From positions 2,108,001 through 2,172,000 of the forward strand of contig CATNEN010000041.1 in assembly GCA_950097015.1 (NCBI GenBank): DNA of 64,000 bases, given 5' to 3'. The notes below the pieces were generated by a model. That model saw only the letters and a list, made by a program, of their open reading frames with translations. It searched no databases and had not been told where the DNA came from. Of this stretch, positions 12,601 through 24,749 are shown piece by piece; positions within the stretch are counted from its first letter, which is position 1, and the number at the start of each line of letters is the position of its first letter. This DNA comes from Macrostomum hystrix (taxonomy: Eukaryota > Animalia > Platyhelminthes). The translations under genes were made by a program, and so were the position numbers.

Positions 12601-15600
12601 GGCCGCGCCTGCGACTCCTGCCTGGACAACTTCTGGGGACTGGGCAGCTCTGGCTGCACAGGTGAGGGAACAATACGGCTGGATACAAATTCTGGCAATT
12701 AACGCATGAATGAAACTCCCCCACGGCCCGACCTACCCGACCTGCTCATCCAACCCTACCTACCCAACCTACCTAACCTACCCGACCGATCCGACCTACT
12801 CGACCTACCCGACCTAACCAAGCTACGCAACGTACGCGAACTACCCCACCTGCCCAGCCTAACCGGTCTAACATGTCTAAACGACCTACGCAACCTACCC
12901 GACGTGACCTATCCAGCCTACTACCGAGCCTACCAAACCTAACACCCGAGCAATCTATCGAGGCTCATTTATGAATATCGTTGCTGTTCGCAATTGTTTA
13001 ATAAAGCAAGTTTGCTTGACAGTAAACCCTACAAGCTAATGGTATTTATCTTGAGTTCAAGGTCGACAGATAGCTGCCGAAATTATGAACTCGTATCACC
13101 GCACAATGAACAAGGGCCACTCAGTGATAGGGAAGCCAGAACTAAGGCCATTCACAACTGGCCTGCCTCAGAGAGATTGCACTCATGCTGCGTGTCTATT
13201 GTGGGCCAGAAGACCTGGCTGTGGTGGCTGATAAGGCCCAGTGACTCCTGCGGAACTCAAACAGAACAGCTTGATCGGTTAGCACCGGCTGCCGCCTCAA
13301 AGGCAGTTCTTGGCCCCTCAACCCCCCCAAAGCCAGCAGCAGCGGCACCAGAAATCTGCTCAGGATTGTGCATTCATTCAGTTGGGTCATTTAGTTAGGT
13401 CATGTAGTGAGTGTTCATTTAGTTCATTCAGTTGGGTCATTTAGTTAGGTCATTTAGTTAGGTCATTTAGTTAGGTCATGTAGTGAGTGTTCATTTAGTT
13501 CATTCAGTTGGGTCTTTTAGTTAGATCATGTAGTGAGTGTTCATTTAGTTCATTCAGTTGGGTCTTTTAGTTAGATCATGTAGTGAGTGTTCATTTAGTT
13601 CATTCAGTTGGGTCATTTAGTTAGATCATGTAGTGAGTGTTCATTTAGTTCATTCAGTTGGGTCATTTAGTTAGATCATGTAGTGAGTGTTCATTTAGTT
13701 CATTCAGTTGGGTCATTTAGTTAGATCATGTAGTGAGTGTTCATTTAGTTCATTCAGTTGGGTCATTTAGTTAGATCATGTAGTGAGTGTTTATTTAGTT
13801 CATTCAGATAGGTCATTCATTTAAGTCATTAAGTTAGGTCATTTATAATATACGAGTAGTTAGGTCGTTCAGTTAGGTCAATATTTTTCGCTTTTCAGTC
13901 AGGTAATTTAGTCATCCAGGTATTTGTAAAGCAGCAACGATAAAAGAACAAGCAGAGATCGGCTTTCTTCAGCACAACTGACCACAATGGCCAAGGTGGC
14001 CTATGCATTGCAAGCGCGAGACGACTCGGAGTGGCGTCTGCGCACAAAAAAGGAAAAAAAAATTGGCCCGAGCTGCTTCAGTTGTGAGGCAGAATTGCAG
14101 TTTCACTGCAAAAGTGCAGGCAAAGCAGGGGCGATATTGATTGGAGCCAGGCGGTCCTCCGCAGCCGCCCGCGGGTGTCGGCCAGATAAGGAATCGGAGC
14201 TGTCCTGAGTGTCCGTGTTACGGCGCAGGCGACAAGGCCTTCAGACAGGCTACCAGCGTCTGGCATTTCAAGGCCCGATGTCTGTCAGTGGCCTGGAGGA
14301 CCCTGGATGACAGACCTGGGACTCTATTATACGAGCGTATTTTGCGCTTTTTTCTAGTCCATGTAGAAAGTTTGCAATGATTGTGACAGCTGGTGGTGGC
14401 TGCCATTTAGCCTCTGCCCTGCATAAAGGAGAATTTGGGAGCCACTGAGAAACCCGCGGGAATGAGCGAATGCGAATAAAAGGGCTTGCTGGAGGCCAAA
14501 GTGGCAGAGTATAGTAAACGCGTTCGCCGATCGCATCAAGGTCCTTGAATTCGAATCGGCGAGGCCAAATTCATTTGAGGCGCCTGAGGGCCAATCTTCA
14601 AGGCCCATCGCGAGTGTTCACTGCTTGAAAATGTAAGGCAGGTGTACACCCCTGTGTGCGTGTGTGCTCATTGTGTGATGAATGTGAGTACCCACAGCCC
14701 AACCGCAAATATCGTGCCTCTCGCAGTGGTTGGGATATTTGCCACCGCCTCTCCCCGTCTCGCAGCCTGTGCCGCCTGCTTCGACGGTCAGCGGTGCGAC
14801 AAGCTCACTGGCCAGTGCAACTGCCCGCCCAACACCCGCGGCCACAACTGCAAGTCCTGCGTCTCCGGGCACTGGAGCTTCGACCCGGTGCGGGGCTGCC
14901 TGCCCTGCGGCTGCCACTCGGATGGCTCGGCGACCACGGACTGCGACTTAATTAACGGCAGCTGCACCTGCCGCCCAGGCTTCACCGGTGACCGCTGCGA
15001 CCGGTGCCAGGCCGGTTTCTACGGCTTCCCTAGCTGCACCAGGTGCCGCTGCAGCCTGGAGGGCGTGCTGGAGGACAAGCGCGACGTCTGCATGCCCGAC
15101 GGCTCCTGCTACTGCAAGCCGGAAGTGACCGGGCGCGAGTGTCTCGACTGTGTCCAGGGCACCTTCGCCCGCCTGGTGGGCTACTCAAGAGGCTGCGTCG
15201 GCTGCTACTGCAGCGTCACGAATTCCACGTGCCGCTCAGACCCTGGCTGGCAGAGGACGCAGGCGCTTCGCCGCCAATTCCGCCTCTCGATCGACCGGCA
15301 GCCAGGAGAGTACGGCGTCCCCGCCGACTCTGGTGCGGAGGACCATGCCATCCACGGCAACATCGGCTACCTGGACATTCCGTTGAGGCACTTTGTCTCC
15401 CAGGTTGACGGAAATCAAACGGCCATGGGCGACCTGCTACACGAGTTCGGCTCTGAAGTCGCCGTTGTCAACGTGAGCTGCACACCCAGCTGCGGCCAGC
15501 TGAATAACCGCGCCAAGTTGAAGTCCCTTGGGCCCGCTCTGGCGGAGCTGCTGCTCACGTCGGACGGAAGTGTCGGACGCGAAGTGGCCGAAGCCAGCGT

Positions 15601-18600
15601 GAGAGTCGTGCTCACGGAGGACCACTGGAGCCTGCAGAACGGCCAGCCACTGAGCCGGATGTGGCTGATGCACTTTCTTAAGCGGACGGTCGGACTGCGG
15701 GTTTACCTGTTCAACGCCACAGAGAGTCCTGTCGTCAGCGCCAGAGTGAGCGTGACGGTCTTCGCGAACAAGAAGACCGGCCTCCAGATGGGCGAGGTGG
15801 AATCCGTGGAGAGGTGCGACTGCCCTCATCCGTATGTTGGCCTGTCCTGTCAGGTGAGTCTCTTGAGTTGCCTATTCGATTTATTTCCGACAGTCAAATA
15901 TCTCGCTATCATCGAACAACCTGTTTACAGAGATACGAGCCGGGCTACTTCCCTAGAACCGTGAACTACAGCAGTAAGAGCGCGGGGTCAAGCTTGTGAT
16001 AATACTCATAGGTATTGTGGCTTGGAAATGTAGAAGTTGGTTAATTTAATTTTGAAGGAATATACATTTTAAATTGCAGTACTCTGCTGAGTATCATTCA
16101 GAGAGTATAGCTTTTCGCGCTACTCCGCAGACTTGCTGCCACCGCGCGAGAAGCCGCAGCCATGCCCCTGCAACGGCCATAGCATGCAGTGCAGCCTGAA
16201 TGGAACTTGCATGAACTGCGCGCACAACACGACGGGGACCGAGTGCGAGGTCTGCCTGCCTGGTTACTACCGCCTGGACAGCAATGACAAAAGCAGCCCC
16301 TGCCTGGCCTGCGCCTGTCCCAGTGAGATGTACAGCTACTCAAGCGATTGCATCTATCTGAAGGCAGACGCGCAACTGCTGTGCATTGCCTGTCGCAACA
16401 ACACATACGGCAATCGTTGCGAGACCTGCGCGCCGAACTTCTTCGGTGACCCGACGTCGGGTGTGCCCTGCCAGCCCTGCGGCTGCAAGCAGGACGGCAT
16501 CCAGCCAGGCACAACCTGCCACCCGATCACAGGCCAGTGCCAGTGCTTGCCCAGCATCGAGGGCCGCGACTGCAGCAACTGCAAGCCGGAGCATGTTGTC
16601 AGCGGCGGTCGCTGCGTCTCCTGCAACGACACCTGCACTGGCACCCTCATAGAGCGAGTCAAGAGACTCACATCTGAGCTCGGAAATGTTCGGAACGTGG
16701 CGTCGAAGCTATCGCTGGCCCAGATCGGGCGGGTTGGGCAGCTGGAGACACAGCTTAACGACACTGAGAGAGCGATCCAGCTGCTTCAGCCCGGAGGCTT
16801 TGACCAGCTGCGGGCTGAAGTCGAAAGCCTCACGGGCCGCTGCTGGGCGTCGCTCAACCAAAGCCTACCAATTAGGCAGCTAGCGGACGACATCAAAGTG
16901 CTGGCGGAGACAATGCTAAACACGACCCGCGGCATCTTTTTGGAGCTAGACCCCCTCGGACAGAACGCAGCGAACGTCAAGGTCATCATTGAGGCTCTGA
17001 TCAGTGGGCTCACATCGAATAGAAAACTGCAGGAGTTGGACCGCGATTCCAAGGAAATCGAATCTCGCGTCAGCAGCGCGTGGAAAAATCGGCTGCAGCC
17101 GTACATCAGCGCATTGAAGAGCCAACTTGGCAGCAACCGCAGCGCTGAGCAGCTGGAGAGACTGCGGTCTATCCTAGCAAACTTAAATGACACGGTCAGC
17201 ATGAACGCTCCATTCCTGAGAGCCTATCTGAATGGGATTATCGCACTGAGCCGAACGGCGCTGGGCTCACGGGACCGAATCGAAGAGCAGCTCCGAAATC
17301 ACCAGGGCGGCATTGAAGTACTGCTGGTTGTCAGCGCGCAAAATCAGAGGGATATTGAACGGACCAAAGATCTAGTAAAGGAGGTTCAGAGCCGTCTAAA
17401 CACTTCAGACATAGAGCTGAATGGAATGAATGTTACAGAATTGCTCAACTTCTTGGCGAGGCTGCGGGCTGCTCGTGAGAAGCTCGATGATCATTTGCGG
17501 AGGGGTTCGGCTCTTTCTGATTCCGAGTTGAACAGACTGCGCGATGCCGTAGATAAGGCGGTGCGGCCGCTGCAGAATATACACGATCGCTTGAAAGACC
17601 TGGTGGCGAGGAATGCCACTGAGGTCGTGGATCCATGGGCTGCCATCAAGCAGGAAATCGACCGTCTCAAGCAGATTGCAAATAATGCAAGCGAAACAGC
17701 ACACAGCGCATTCGGCGACCTGAGGAGCAAGCTGCCCATTGTGAACCAGCTGAAGGAAGCCAACAGACAGGCGGAGAAAAAAGCTGATGAGCTGAGAGGT
17801 CGTCTGAACGACCTGACGAGCCGTTCGGCCCAGCTCAAAGCGCAGTTTGAGCCCAAAAAAGCGGCGTTGCTGGCTCAGGAAGCCGAGGCGTTGCGCATCC
17901 GAATCGATAATGAAAACGTCACTTACCAACTGCCAACCGTGTCTGCGACACAGCAAATGCGAGTCGAGCTCAGGACCAATCGTACGCGGGGGATAATTAA
18001 CCAGTACAACTCCCAGTTTCGAGATCTGCAGGCCATGCGAGACTCCCTGAACATTTCCGGCCCCACAAAGGCGGTCAGTCTCACCAAGATCGAGCAGATG
18101 CGGCGCAAGCTGCAGCTGGATCTCAGTCGGGTTCGCTCTTTGCTCCATACTGTCAGGGGCTCGCTGAACAAGATTCGAACCCCGGCATCGACCATCGTTG
18201 AGCCGAGGGAGCAGCACTGTGTGCGCCAAGTTCCACTAACGATGCTGGCTGATCAACAACTGCGCACTCTGTCCTTCAGGTTCCAGATGTTTCAATTGAA
18301 CTCTAAGGACTCCCTGCCGAAGGAGATTCTAGCCAGCGTTTTTAACCCGCTGACAAAGTCCATCATTGCCCTGACTGTTCACTGCGCCAAGCATTTTCTA
18401 GTTGGAGACAACGATGAGCAGTCGAACTGCAATGCCCGGCTGCACTTCGGCACTGGCCTTGATTTGAGCTCCGAACTGCTGACCGTCCCCGTACGATTCA
18501 GCCCGACTGTTCCAATGTGGTACGAGGTCACCCTGGACTTGAGGACCTCTCATGTCACGCTTAACTATCTCTACGATGGAAACAGAAAAGCTTCGCAAAG

Positions 18601-21524
18601 TGAAAACTGCAGGAACGAAAAGCAGTTCGTGAGCAGGCTCGGATCGCTAGTCTTCACCACTGAAAGCTTGCTTTACCAAGGCGGGCTGCCTCCGGGAGAA
18701 GAGCAGCTTCAGGAAATGTTTAGCGACTACCGGAACGGCACCCTGTTCATGCATGAGGTACTAGTGAACAACCTGCCGCTATCTGCCTATGATTACACTA
18801 ACTACATGGATCCTGGCTGTGCATCGGTTCGACTCGACAAGAAGTTCCCAGCGAGAAAGTATCCCATTGTGAGACAGCAGACGTATAGCAGTCTTGACTG
18901 CATCAAATCATTTAGCCTTCCCATCACGGAAAACTATTTGAGAGAGCGAGCCTACGGCTTTGACGGTTTTTCCTACTTTATGCTGACCATGTACAGGCCC
19001 TTTGAGATTGGCTATTTTAAGTTGACAGTCAACCTGACCTTGGTGAGCGTTCCTTTCGGACAAGAGACTGTGCTGGCTCTGCTAAGAATAAACGAAATGA
19101 ATAAAGGCAACACAACCCATCTCTTGACTTGCGACGGAGCATTGTGGTATTTCTACACGGTTGACCCACATGGAAAAATCGACAAGCAAAATGTGTCGCT
19201 TACTGCAAATACTCTGCTCCAAGTCATAGTTAAGACAGACATTTTCAGTGCGACTATGGGGCGAAGATTCGAGAAGAGAAAATACGGCATGGAGTTCATC
19301 GATCTCTACATTGGCGGCGCACCGAAGGAAGTTCTTCGCAGCTTGGGCCTCGAACGAATGCGCGGCTACCGCGGCTGCCTACCGATGTTCGTGCCGGACA
19401 AAGCGGCCAAGAACGTTTATTACGGAGCATCAGTAGGCACAGTCATGACGTCGCATCCATCAATCAATTGCAGCAACTGGGTCCAGGCTTTGCACAGAGA
19501 CGCTGCATTGGTGGCCACAGTGCCGATCGAGATCCCAGCTGAGCAGCTGCCAGACCTGGAGCACTGGAGCTCCGTTCGCCTGCGGTTCTCAGGCGGACCC
19601 GTCACGGGCGGCTACAAACTATTTTCACTGGGCAACATGCTGAGCCTCGAAGTCACGGCAGATGGACGTCTGCGGCTAAAGTCCTCACCGACCAACGGTA
19701 TCAGGCGAATGCGGCGAATGCGACGCCGTAGGCGACGTCGAATGCGCAGTATGCGACGGCTGCTTCGACTGCGACGACTGCGCCGCTCCATCGAGAAGGT
19801 TGAAGAAGGCCGCGAGTTTTTGCTGACAGGACCGAGCTGGAAAACGGGTGGTCGCGCAGTGCAGGTGGAGCTGCAGTTTCAAGATACGCTGGACAGCCGG
19901 CGCAAGGTGCTGCTGCTTATTGTCGACGGCAATTTTATCGGCGGTCTCTACCTCATTGGCAAATTCGGCAAGCTGCGCTGGACTGGGGCCCCGGACGGCG
20001 CCTCCCCTGCGGCTACAGAAAGCTTAGTGCGCGTGCACCAGTTCCTTGTTGAGTGTCGCATTTCGGGAAGGCAAAACGAGACCAATTTGCTGCAGGTGCG
20101 ATAAAATATCAATTTAATAAATTGAGTCTTAATTTTTGCTAATTACGAGTACAAGCATTATATTTTTTTTAAATTGTTTGCGTCTCTTCAAATTTCAGTT
20201 ATTAGAGAGAATGGGCGCCCAGCTCTCAGACCTGAAGGCGCCGATTAACGAGTTCTTCAGACAGTCCGCTCTCCGTGACACCATCAGGAGGCCAAAGGTT
20301 GATAGCTGCGACTCGGAGGCGGGAAGCGGCGCGGTTCGCGTGTTCGCAAACGCCGCGGACCTTCTGAGTCGGACAGAAAGTCAGCCGGTAACCTCGGTGT
20401 CGGGCTATCTTCGCGCGATGGCCACCCCCGGCAGTGCCGACTCGCGGCTGCTGCGGCTCAGCTCAGCCGACGGCTCCAGCTTCGTTGAGCTGCTGCTGAC
20501 AAGCCGACGAGCGGTGCGGATCAACGTAGAGCTCGGGGGCAGCGAGCTGGGTAACTCGAACTATGCCCCAGTGGACCTGCAGGACACCGCCTGGCACAAG
20601 TTCAGCCTGGAAAGGCAAAACTTCAGTGAACGGCCCAGTGAGCATTTGAAGTTGACACTGGACGGGCGGGAGATGCTGCTGCCGGTGCGCATGCCGAACC
20701 TCCTGGTGGTCACCTTCGCCAACTGGACCGGCTGCCTAGCCGGTGTGCAAATCAACGGGGCGCCACTGGACACTGGGCCGCTGCGCCAGTCCATCGGGCG
20801 GCAGTGCCCGTGCAGGAGCCGCCTGCTGCCGGCGGCTTGCATCAGCGCCAGCGACTTCGAACTTGCGGGCTCTAGCGGCCCTGGCCGCCTGCTCGAGCGA
20901 CCGCTGGTTGCCTCCGACCCCATCAAAGCGCACGATGAGCTGATTATCAGCTTTGAGTACAAGGTGTCCGAGAAGCACGCCGGGCGGTACGGCTCGCAAT
21001 ACATCGATCTGATCTCGGGGCGTCTGGGCTTGAGTAGATCAACCGCAAACGATTTGTCCTTTAGAGTCCAACTGCAACAGGACCCCAACTCTGGTCTAGA
21101 CTCGGCCACTGTTGAAATCCAAGGCTCCGCGATATCTGACCAACTGCCACGGTCAATCAGCAAGGACTTCAAGAGCTCGCGAAGGAGTCAAAACGCACTG
21201 ACTGTTCGGCTGAAGAGACGGAATTACGAATCATACGCGATGCTGTATGTGAGCATCGAAAACGGCACGGATGCCGAAAGAGAGATGCTGACGCTGACGG
21301 ACTCCTGGCACTCAAAGACACCGCTGGGCAGCGCATCCATCTCCTTCACATCGGACGGAAAGGTCGATGCCAGGTTCTACGGCTGCCTGATTGGGCTGAA
21401 GCTAACGCAGCTCATGGACAGCACAGTGGTGGCTGAGCTGCAGCCAGACTGGCGGGCTGTTGACACCTTGGACAATCATGAGAACCTGATGTACCTGCCG
21501 GAGAGATCCTTCTACAGTACTTGA
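3543..21524 (+). CDS. LAMA1/2: Laminin alpha-1/2 (wing blister-like) chain, ~3258 aa; join(3543..3600,4071..4720,5120..5251,5645..6271,8087..8671,8762..9555,12153..12661,14766..15853,15931..15973,16131..20095,20199..21524)
   Basis: All 10 introns are GT-AG with matching phases; total 9777 nt, divisible by 3. Domains: signal peptide, LN (TWWQSPSL..HYVTLTLDLKQVY..PGNWILERSIDG), LE repeats, two L4 domains, coiled coil, five LG domains. Confidence 0.93.
4071..4720 (+). CDS. LAMA1/2: Laminin alpha exon 2 (LN domain)
   Basis: Acceptor TTTTTACAG; ANATCGE..EQYCRLA, TWWQSPS; donor ACC|GTGAGA. Confidence 0.92.
5120..5251 (+). CDS. LAMA1/2: Laminin alpha exon 3 (LN domain)
   Basis: Acceptor CATTTCAG; QFTIARYIRFRFQKI; donor CGG|GTCAGT. 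Confidence 0.9.
5645..6271 (+). CDS. LAMA1/2: Laminin alpha exon 4 (LN end and LE repeats)
   Basis: LYYSIKNIEVGGSCVCFGH, CECSHNTEGDSCERC; donor AAG|GTGGGC. Confidence 0.92.
7621..8068. repeat. 22-bp minisatellite (CGAGCCGCTGACTCACTCTGAA), 20 copies, laminin intron 4
   Basis: 20 units counted; 17 contain TGACTCA. Confidence 0.95.
8087..8671 (+). CDS. LAMA1/2: Laminin alpha exon 5 (LE and L4a)
   Basis: [36 protein letters not shown]; donor ATG|GTGCGT. Confidence 0.92.
8762..9555 (+). CDS. LAMA1/2: Laminin alpha exon 6 (L4a end and LE repeats)
   Basis: VENCTCRGVGYSGLSCEAC and further LE repeats; phase-2 donor. Confidence 0.92.
9633..10168. repeat. 23-bp minisatellite (CCCTGCTAAACAGTCCAGTACTT), ~23 copies
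   Basis: Period 23 (9661, 9684). Confidence 0.95.
10873..11690. repeat. 28-bp minisatellite (CCCTGCTGAACCCTCCCTTCAAAACCCG), ~29 copies
   Basis: Period 28 (10873, 10901). Confidence 0.95.
11704..11781 (+). mobile_element. tRNA-derived SINE head or degenerate tRNA
   Basis: Pol III A box TGGCAGAGCGG (11714) and B box GGTTCGATTCC (11758); cloverleaf stems pair poorly. Confidence 0.6.
12153..12661 (+). CDS. LAMA1/2: Laminin alpha exon 7 (LE repeats)
   Basis: Acceptor CCCGCCGCAG; CDPLTGLCACLPGV, CSCKPGVGGRACDSC; donor G|GTGAGG. Confidence 0.92.
12715..12945. repeat. Degenerate 9-bp-based repeat (CCTACCCGA)
   Basis: Recurrent CTACC(C/T)(G/A)AC. Confidence 0.75.
13372..13850. repeat. 50-bp minisatellite (CATTCAGTTGGGTCATTTAGTTAGATCATGTAGTGAGTGTTCATTTAGTT), ~9 copies
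   Basis: Period 50 (13501, 13551). Confidence 0.93.
14766..15853 (+). CDS. LAMA1/2: Laminin alpha exon 8 (LE repeats and L4b)
   Basis: CDKLTGQCNCPPNTRG..., VESVERCDCPHPYVGLSCQ; donor CAG|GTGAGT. Confidence 0.92.
15931..15973 (+). CDS. LAMA1/2: Laminin alpha exon 9, 43-nt micro-exon (RYEPGYFPRTVNYS)
   Basis: Acceptor TTTACAG and donor A|GTAAGA bridge a phase-0 donor to a phase-1 acceptor; supplies the PGYF LE motif. Confidence 0.8.
16131..20095 (+). CDS. LAMA1/2: Laminin alpha exon 10 (LE, coiled coil, LG1-3), 3965 nt
   Basis: 1323-aa ORF; CPCNGHSMQC, heptad region, LYIGGAP..GYRGCL; donor CAG|GTGCGA. Confidence 0.92.
20199..21524 (+). CDS. LAMA1/2: Laminin alpha exon 11 (LG4-5), terminal
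   Basis: Acceptor AATTTCAG; WHKFSLER..LTLDG, WTGCLAGVQING, FYGCL; TGA stop. Confidence 0.88.
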   Translation, partial: LLERMGAQLSDLKAPINEFFRQSALRDTIRRPKVDSCDSEAGSGAVRVFANAADLLSRTESQPVTSVSGYLRAMATPGSADSRLLRLSSADGSSFVELLLTSRRAVRINVELGGSELGNSNYAPVDLQDTAWHKFSLERQNFSERPSEHLKLTLDGREMLLPVRMPNLLVVTFANWTGCLAGVQINGAPLDTGPLRQSIGRQCPCRSRLLPAACISASDFELAGSSGPGRLLERPLVASDPIKAHDELIISFEYKVSEKHAGRYGSQYIDLISGRLGLSRSTANDLSFRVQLQQDPNSGLDSATVEIQGSAISDQLPRSISKDFKSSRRSQNALTVRLKRRNYESYAMLYVSIENGTDAEREMLTLTDSWHSKTPLGSASISFTSDGKVDARFYGCLIGLKLTQLMDSTVVAELQPDWRAVDTLDNHENLMYLPERSFYST

Positions 21525-22906
21525 CAGTTAGTCACATGAACTGCTCCGCGGTTCTCAGGATCTCCCCAAGCTATGCCCAAATTTCCCTAAGCAAGGCAAA
21601 ATACTTGAGCATTTGTCTCAGCAAATATTTCCGAAACGGACAATTTCCCAAACTGGATATATAACATACATTGAAAAATGGCCCACATCCATATCAACAG
21701 TTTTTTATCCCATGAACCAATTGTCTATGGTCCGAGAGCAGTGGCGCATGCCGTCTCAGCTTTCAGCTCTACCTGCCCCAGTGGGGTCACCAGCTTTGCA
21801 TATCCGGGTTGCATCCGATTCATTCTTTAGATCGCGTGGTCTGATCACGGAAACCGTGTTTGTACTTTTATTCCTCGCAGGAGCTCTGCAGATTTCAGCA
21901 GAGGTCATTTAGTTCTATTGCTGAGTGATTCGTGCTTCTAGTGCTAATAACAATGATACTTTTACTGCTGCTACATGATATAACGCCGATATCTTAGTTC
22001 TATTTAACTTAATCCGTGTACCTAAAACCTTCCGTGTACCTGAGCCCTTATTACTAGCCGGCGATATTGCAACCAAATAGACGGATCAATTCATTATAAT
22101 TTACAGTTGGCGCTTGTCATCCACTTTTGATTTACTCATTAAACAGTACCAAAAGCACAAATGTACCTGCGTGAGCGCACCGGCTGTGCTGCTTTTAGTC
22201 GACCTATAAAATTGGAGTTGATGCTGACAATAAGTTCGGACTAAATATATTCGGTGTATAAACCATCCTGAACTTTCGGCTCTGATCCAGGTGTTAATTC
22301 AGAGCGTTATTGCGACGATATTAAGCTACGAGTAGAAAAATTTTAACGTAAACTACGAGCTAATTTTAGTGACGATTTCCTAAAAAACACATTTCGCTAC
22401 AAGCAACTGCAGTCCCAGAAATCGGTCGATGAGAAGTCACATATTCTTCACACACTGCACTTAACGTATGTATAAAAGAATTTAGGTATCAAATTTTTAT
22501 GTGTAATTAATAGGACAGCAATAGTTAAGTTTAACAATCGCAGGTTTACGCTTTGCCCTTGGACCTCCTCTTCGGAGGAGTGACAAACGGCCTCCCCAAT
22601 CACCGCGTCTGAGCAGTGCGCTGTGAAGTGTGAGTGCGAAAGTTTCGCAAGTTCGCAAAACAGCGCACAAGTACCAGGAACACTACGCTCGTAGTAGTTG
22701 TCCTTGCCCAGTGGCAAAGCCGAGTTTGACAGAATTAGCGCAACGAGCCACGATATGAAAATTTGAATGACATAGGCATTGAAGCTGATATTTGTGAAAT
22801 CAGTCAATAACTTTTCACTCGGAAATGAGGGACACATGCATACAAAATTACACATACAAGTAGTACATGGATGCCACGTTTTAGCGCATAGAAATGGAAA
22901 GAGTAA

Positions 22907-22970
22907 GGGTTGTAGCATAGTGGATAGAGCGTCGGACTCACGACTTAGAGGTCGGAGGTTCGATTCCTAA
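22907..22970 (+). mobile_element. tRNA-derived SINE head or tRNA pseudogene
   Basis: A box TAGCATAGTGG, loop CTCACGA, B box GGTTCGATTCC (22957); anticodon and acceptor stems do not pair. Confidence 0.6.
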
Positions 22971-24749
22971 CTTCACTGCAGCAATAGCTGCGGTTCTGCT
23001 GTCAGCTGCAAATATGACTCGATTTGTTATCATTTATTTATACTACTACCTGATTGTCAAATAATTATTGTCACTATGTGATTAGAAACCACAGGAAAAA
23101 TTTCATTTCTCATTTCGATACCCATTGGAGACAATGGACACAGAACTCAAGCAAGCTGAGTCACTTCACTTCTAATATTATTTTAACTTTTAAGCTATAT
23201 TATTTAGCCGAAAAATATGTACAATAAATATGTAACCCGGAGTTGAGACGTACTCTATCCTCGTTTAGACTAGGAAACCATGATCTAGATTATGTAGTAA
23301 GTGCAAAATAGAAGTGGAAAACGAGGTCCACTTCTAATTTAAGTGCACCGCAAGTTCGAATTCTAAAAAGAAAATTTCAGGAAAACTCCTAATTTCACGT
23401 CCCTAACAGCAGCAGATAAATCCCGAACAGGACAAGACGACAGGGAAACCACTAGCAAAGTACATCATCATAGAAATATCTGAAATAAGGGAACAGCTGC
23501 CCTGAAGCTACTAACATTAAAATAATTATCAGGACGATATACTATTAAATTTGATTCCTGTTGTCCCTCGCGTTTTTACTCTTAGTTTTAACTCCCATGC
23601 GCGCTTCCGTACCAGTTCAGTAAATATATATTTTTAAATATCATTTCTATATCTAGCCATTCAATAGCGTTGACTAGCGTTAATTTACCAGTTTGATGGC
23701 GTGGTTGACAAACTACCCAAGCCCGAAGAGAATCCTAGACAAACCGAAGGGTTTAAAGCTAGTAGGTACTGTTGTCTGAACACCGGTGCGGTGTGGTACC
23801 AATCGTTTGAAAAGCACGAGCAAATTGAATATGCGTTAGCTAAATAGCAGTAATGAAGCTGATTTGTCAGTAGACAAACGCAAATGATCAGCTCCAAGGC
23901 CTCAAAGGCGAGATTCGCCAATCGGCGGCAAGCTGTTCGTCAGAATTTTATTTTCGATGACGACAGTAAGCGCAGTTTAATAAATTGTGTCTCTGTGACC
24001 AAAGTAATTTAAGATTTATTATAGTTTAATGGATTTGAGATCGCCTTTATTTAAAGCGATAAATTGTTGTCTCATTGTCTGTTGGGATTTCTCCAACCCT
24101 TTACTAAATATCAATTTGTAAGCCATTTTGTTTAAAACTTCTCTCCTTCAGGTCAGGGTTTAGGCAACCGAGCCAGGAAGCTCTCTGATTGGCTTGGGCT
24201 CTAGTCCAAGGTTAGACTAAGGGTGATGGGCGAGGGCCTCATTGGCTGGTCAAAAATTACCCTTTGTTCGACACAGCGGCATGGAAAAATATGCACGGAA
24301 GCAATACATAAATATGAAATAACCTATAATTAATTGTGTTACAAGCATATTAATAATGTAAAAGAAAAAACTACGGAAAAAAGCACACAACTAAACTCGG
24401 CAAAAAATAAAAAACGTTAATAGTTAAAATAGAATTTAACAAAATACATACGGAAGCTACTTTTGCGGATGCTTGGTAATTTTCAAAGGACAACGAACTT
24501 TATCGCAAAGAATCATCATCTAGTGCTACACTTATATAACAGCTAGTTTGATGGGCGATAATAGCCTACACATAGATACAAAACAAGAAAAAAATGGTGG
24601 TGACAGCGTTATAGTTTATTGTTAATAAAAGACTTTAAAACTCTAAAAAATAACGCTATCTGCATTAGCTTTAGGTGTCTAAAACGATTTCGACGTGTAA
24701 AGTATAGGTGCATTGTAAAACTGTCACACGCAACCGAAAAAAGCAAGGC

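Noticed and set aside
19698-19798. Arg-rich insert as an unspliced intron
   Set aside because: The available donor (phase 1) and acceptors (phase 0) are frame-incompatible, and there is no polypyrimidine tract
22448-22918. 156-aa minus-strand ORF
   Set aside because: No recognisable domain or consistent splice structure
11704-22970. The two A/B-box elements as functional tRNA genes
   Set aside because: Acceptor and anticodon stems do not pair
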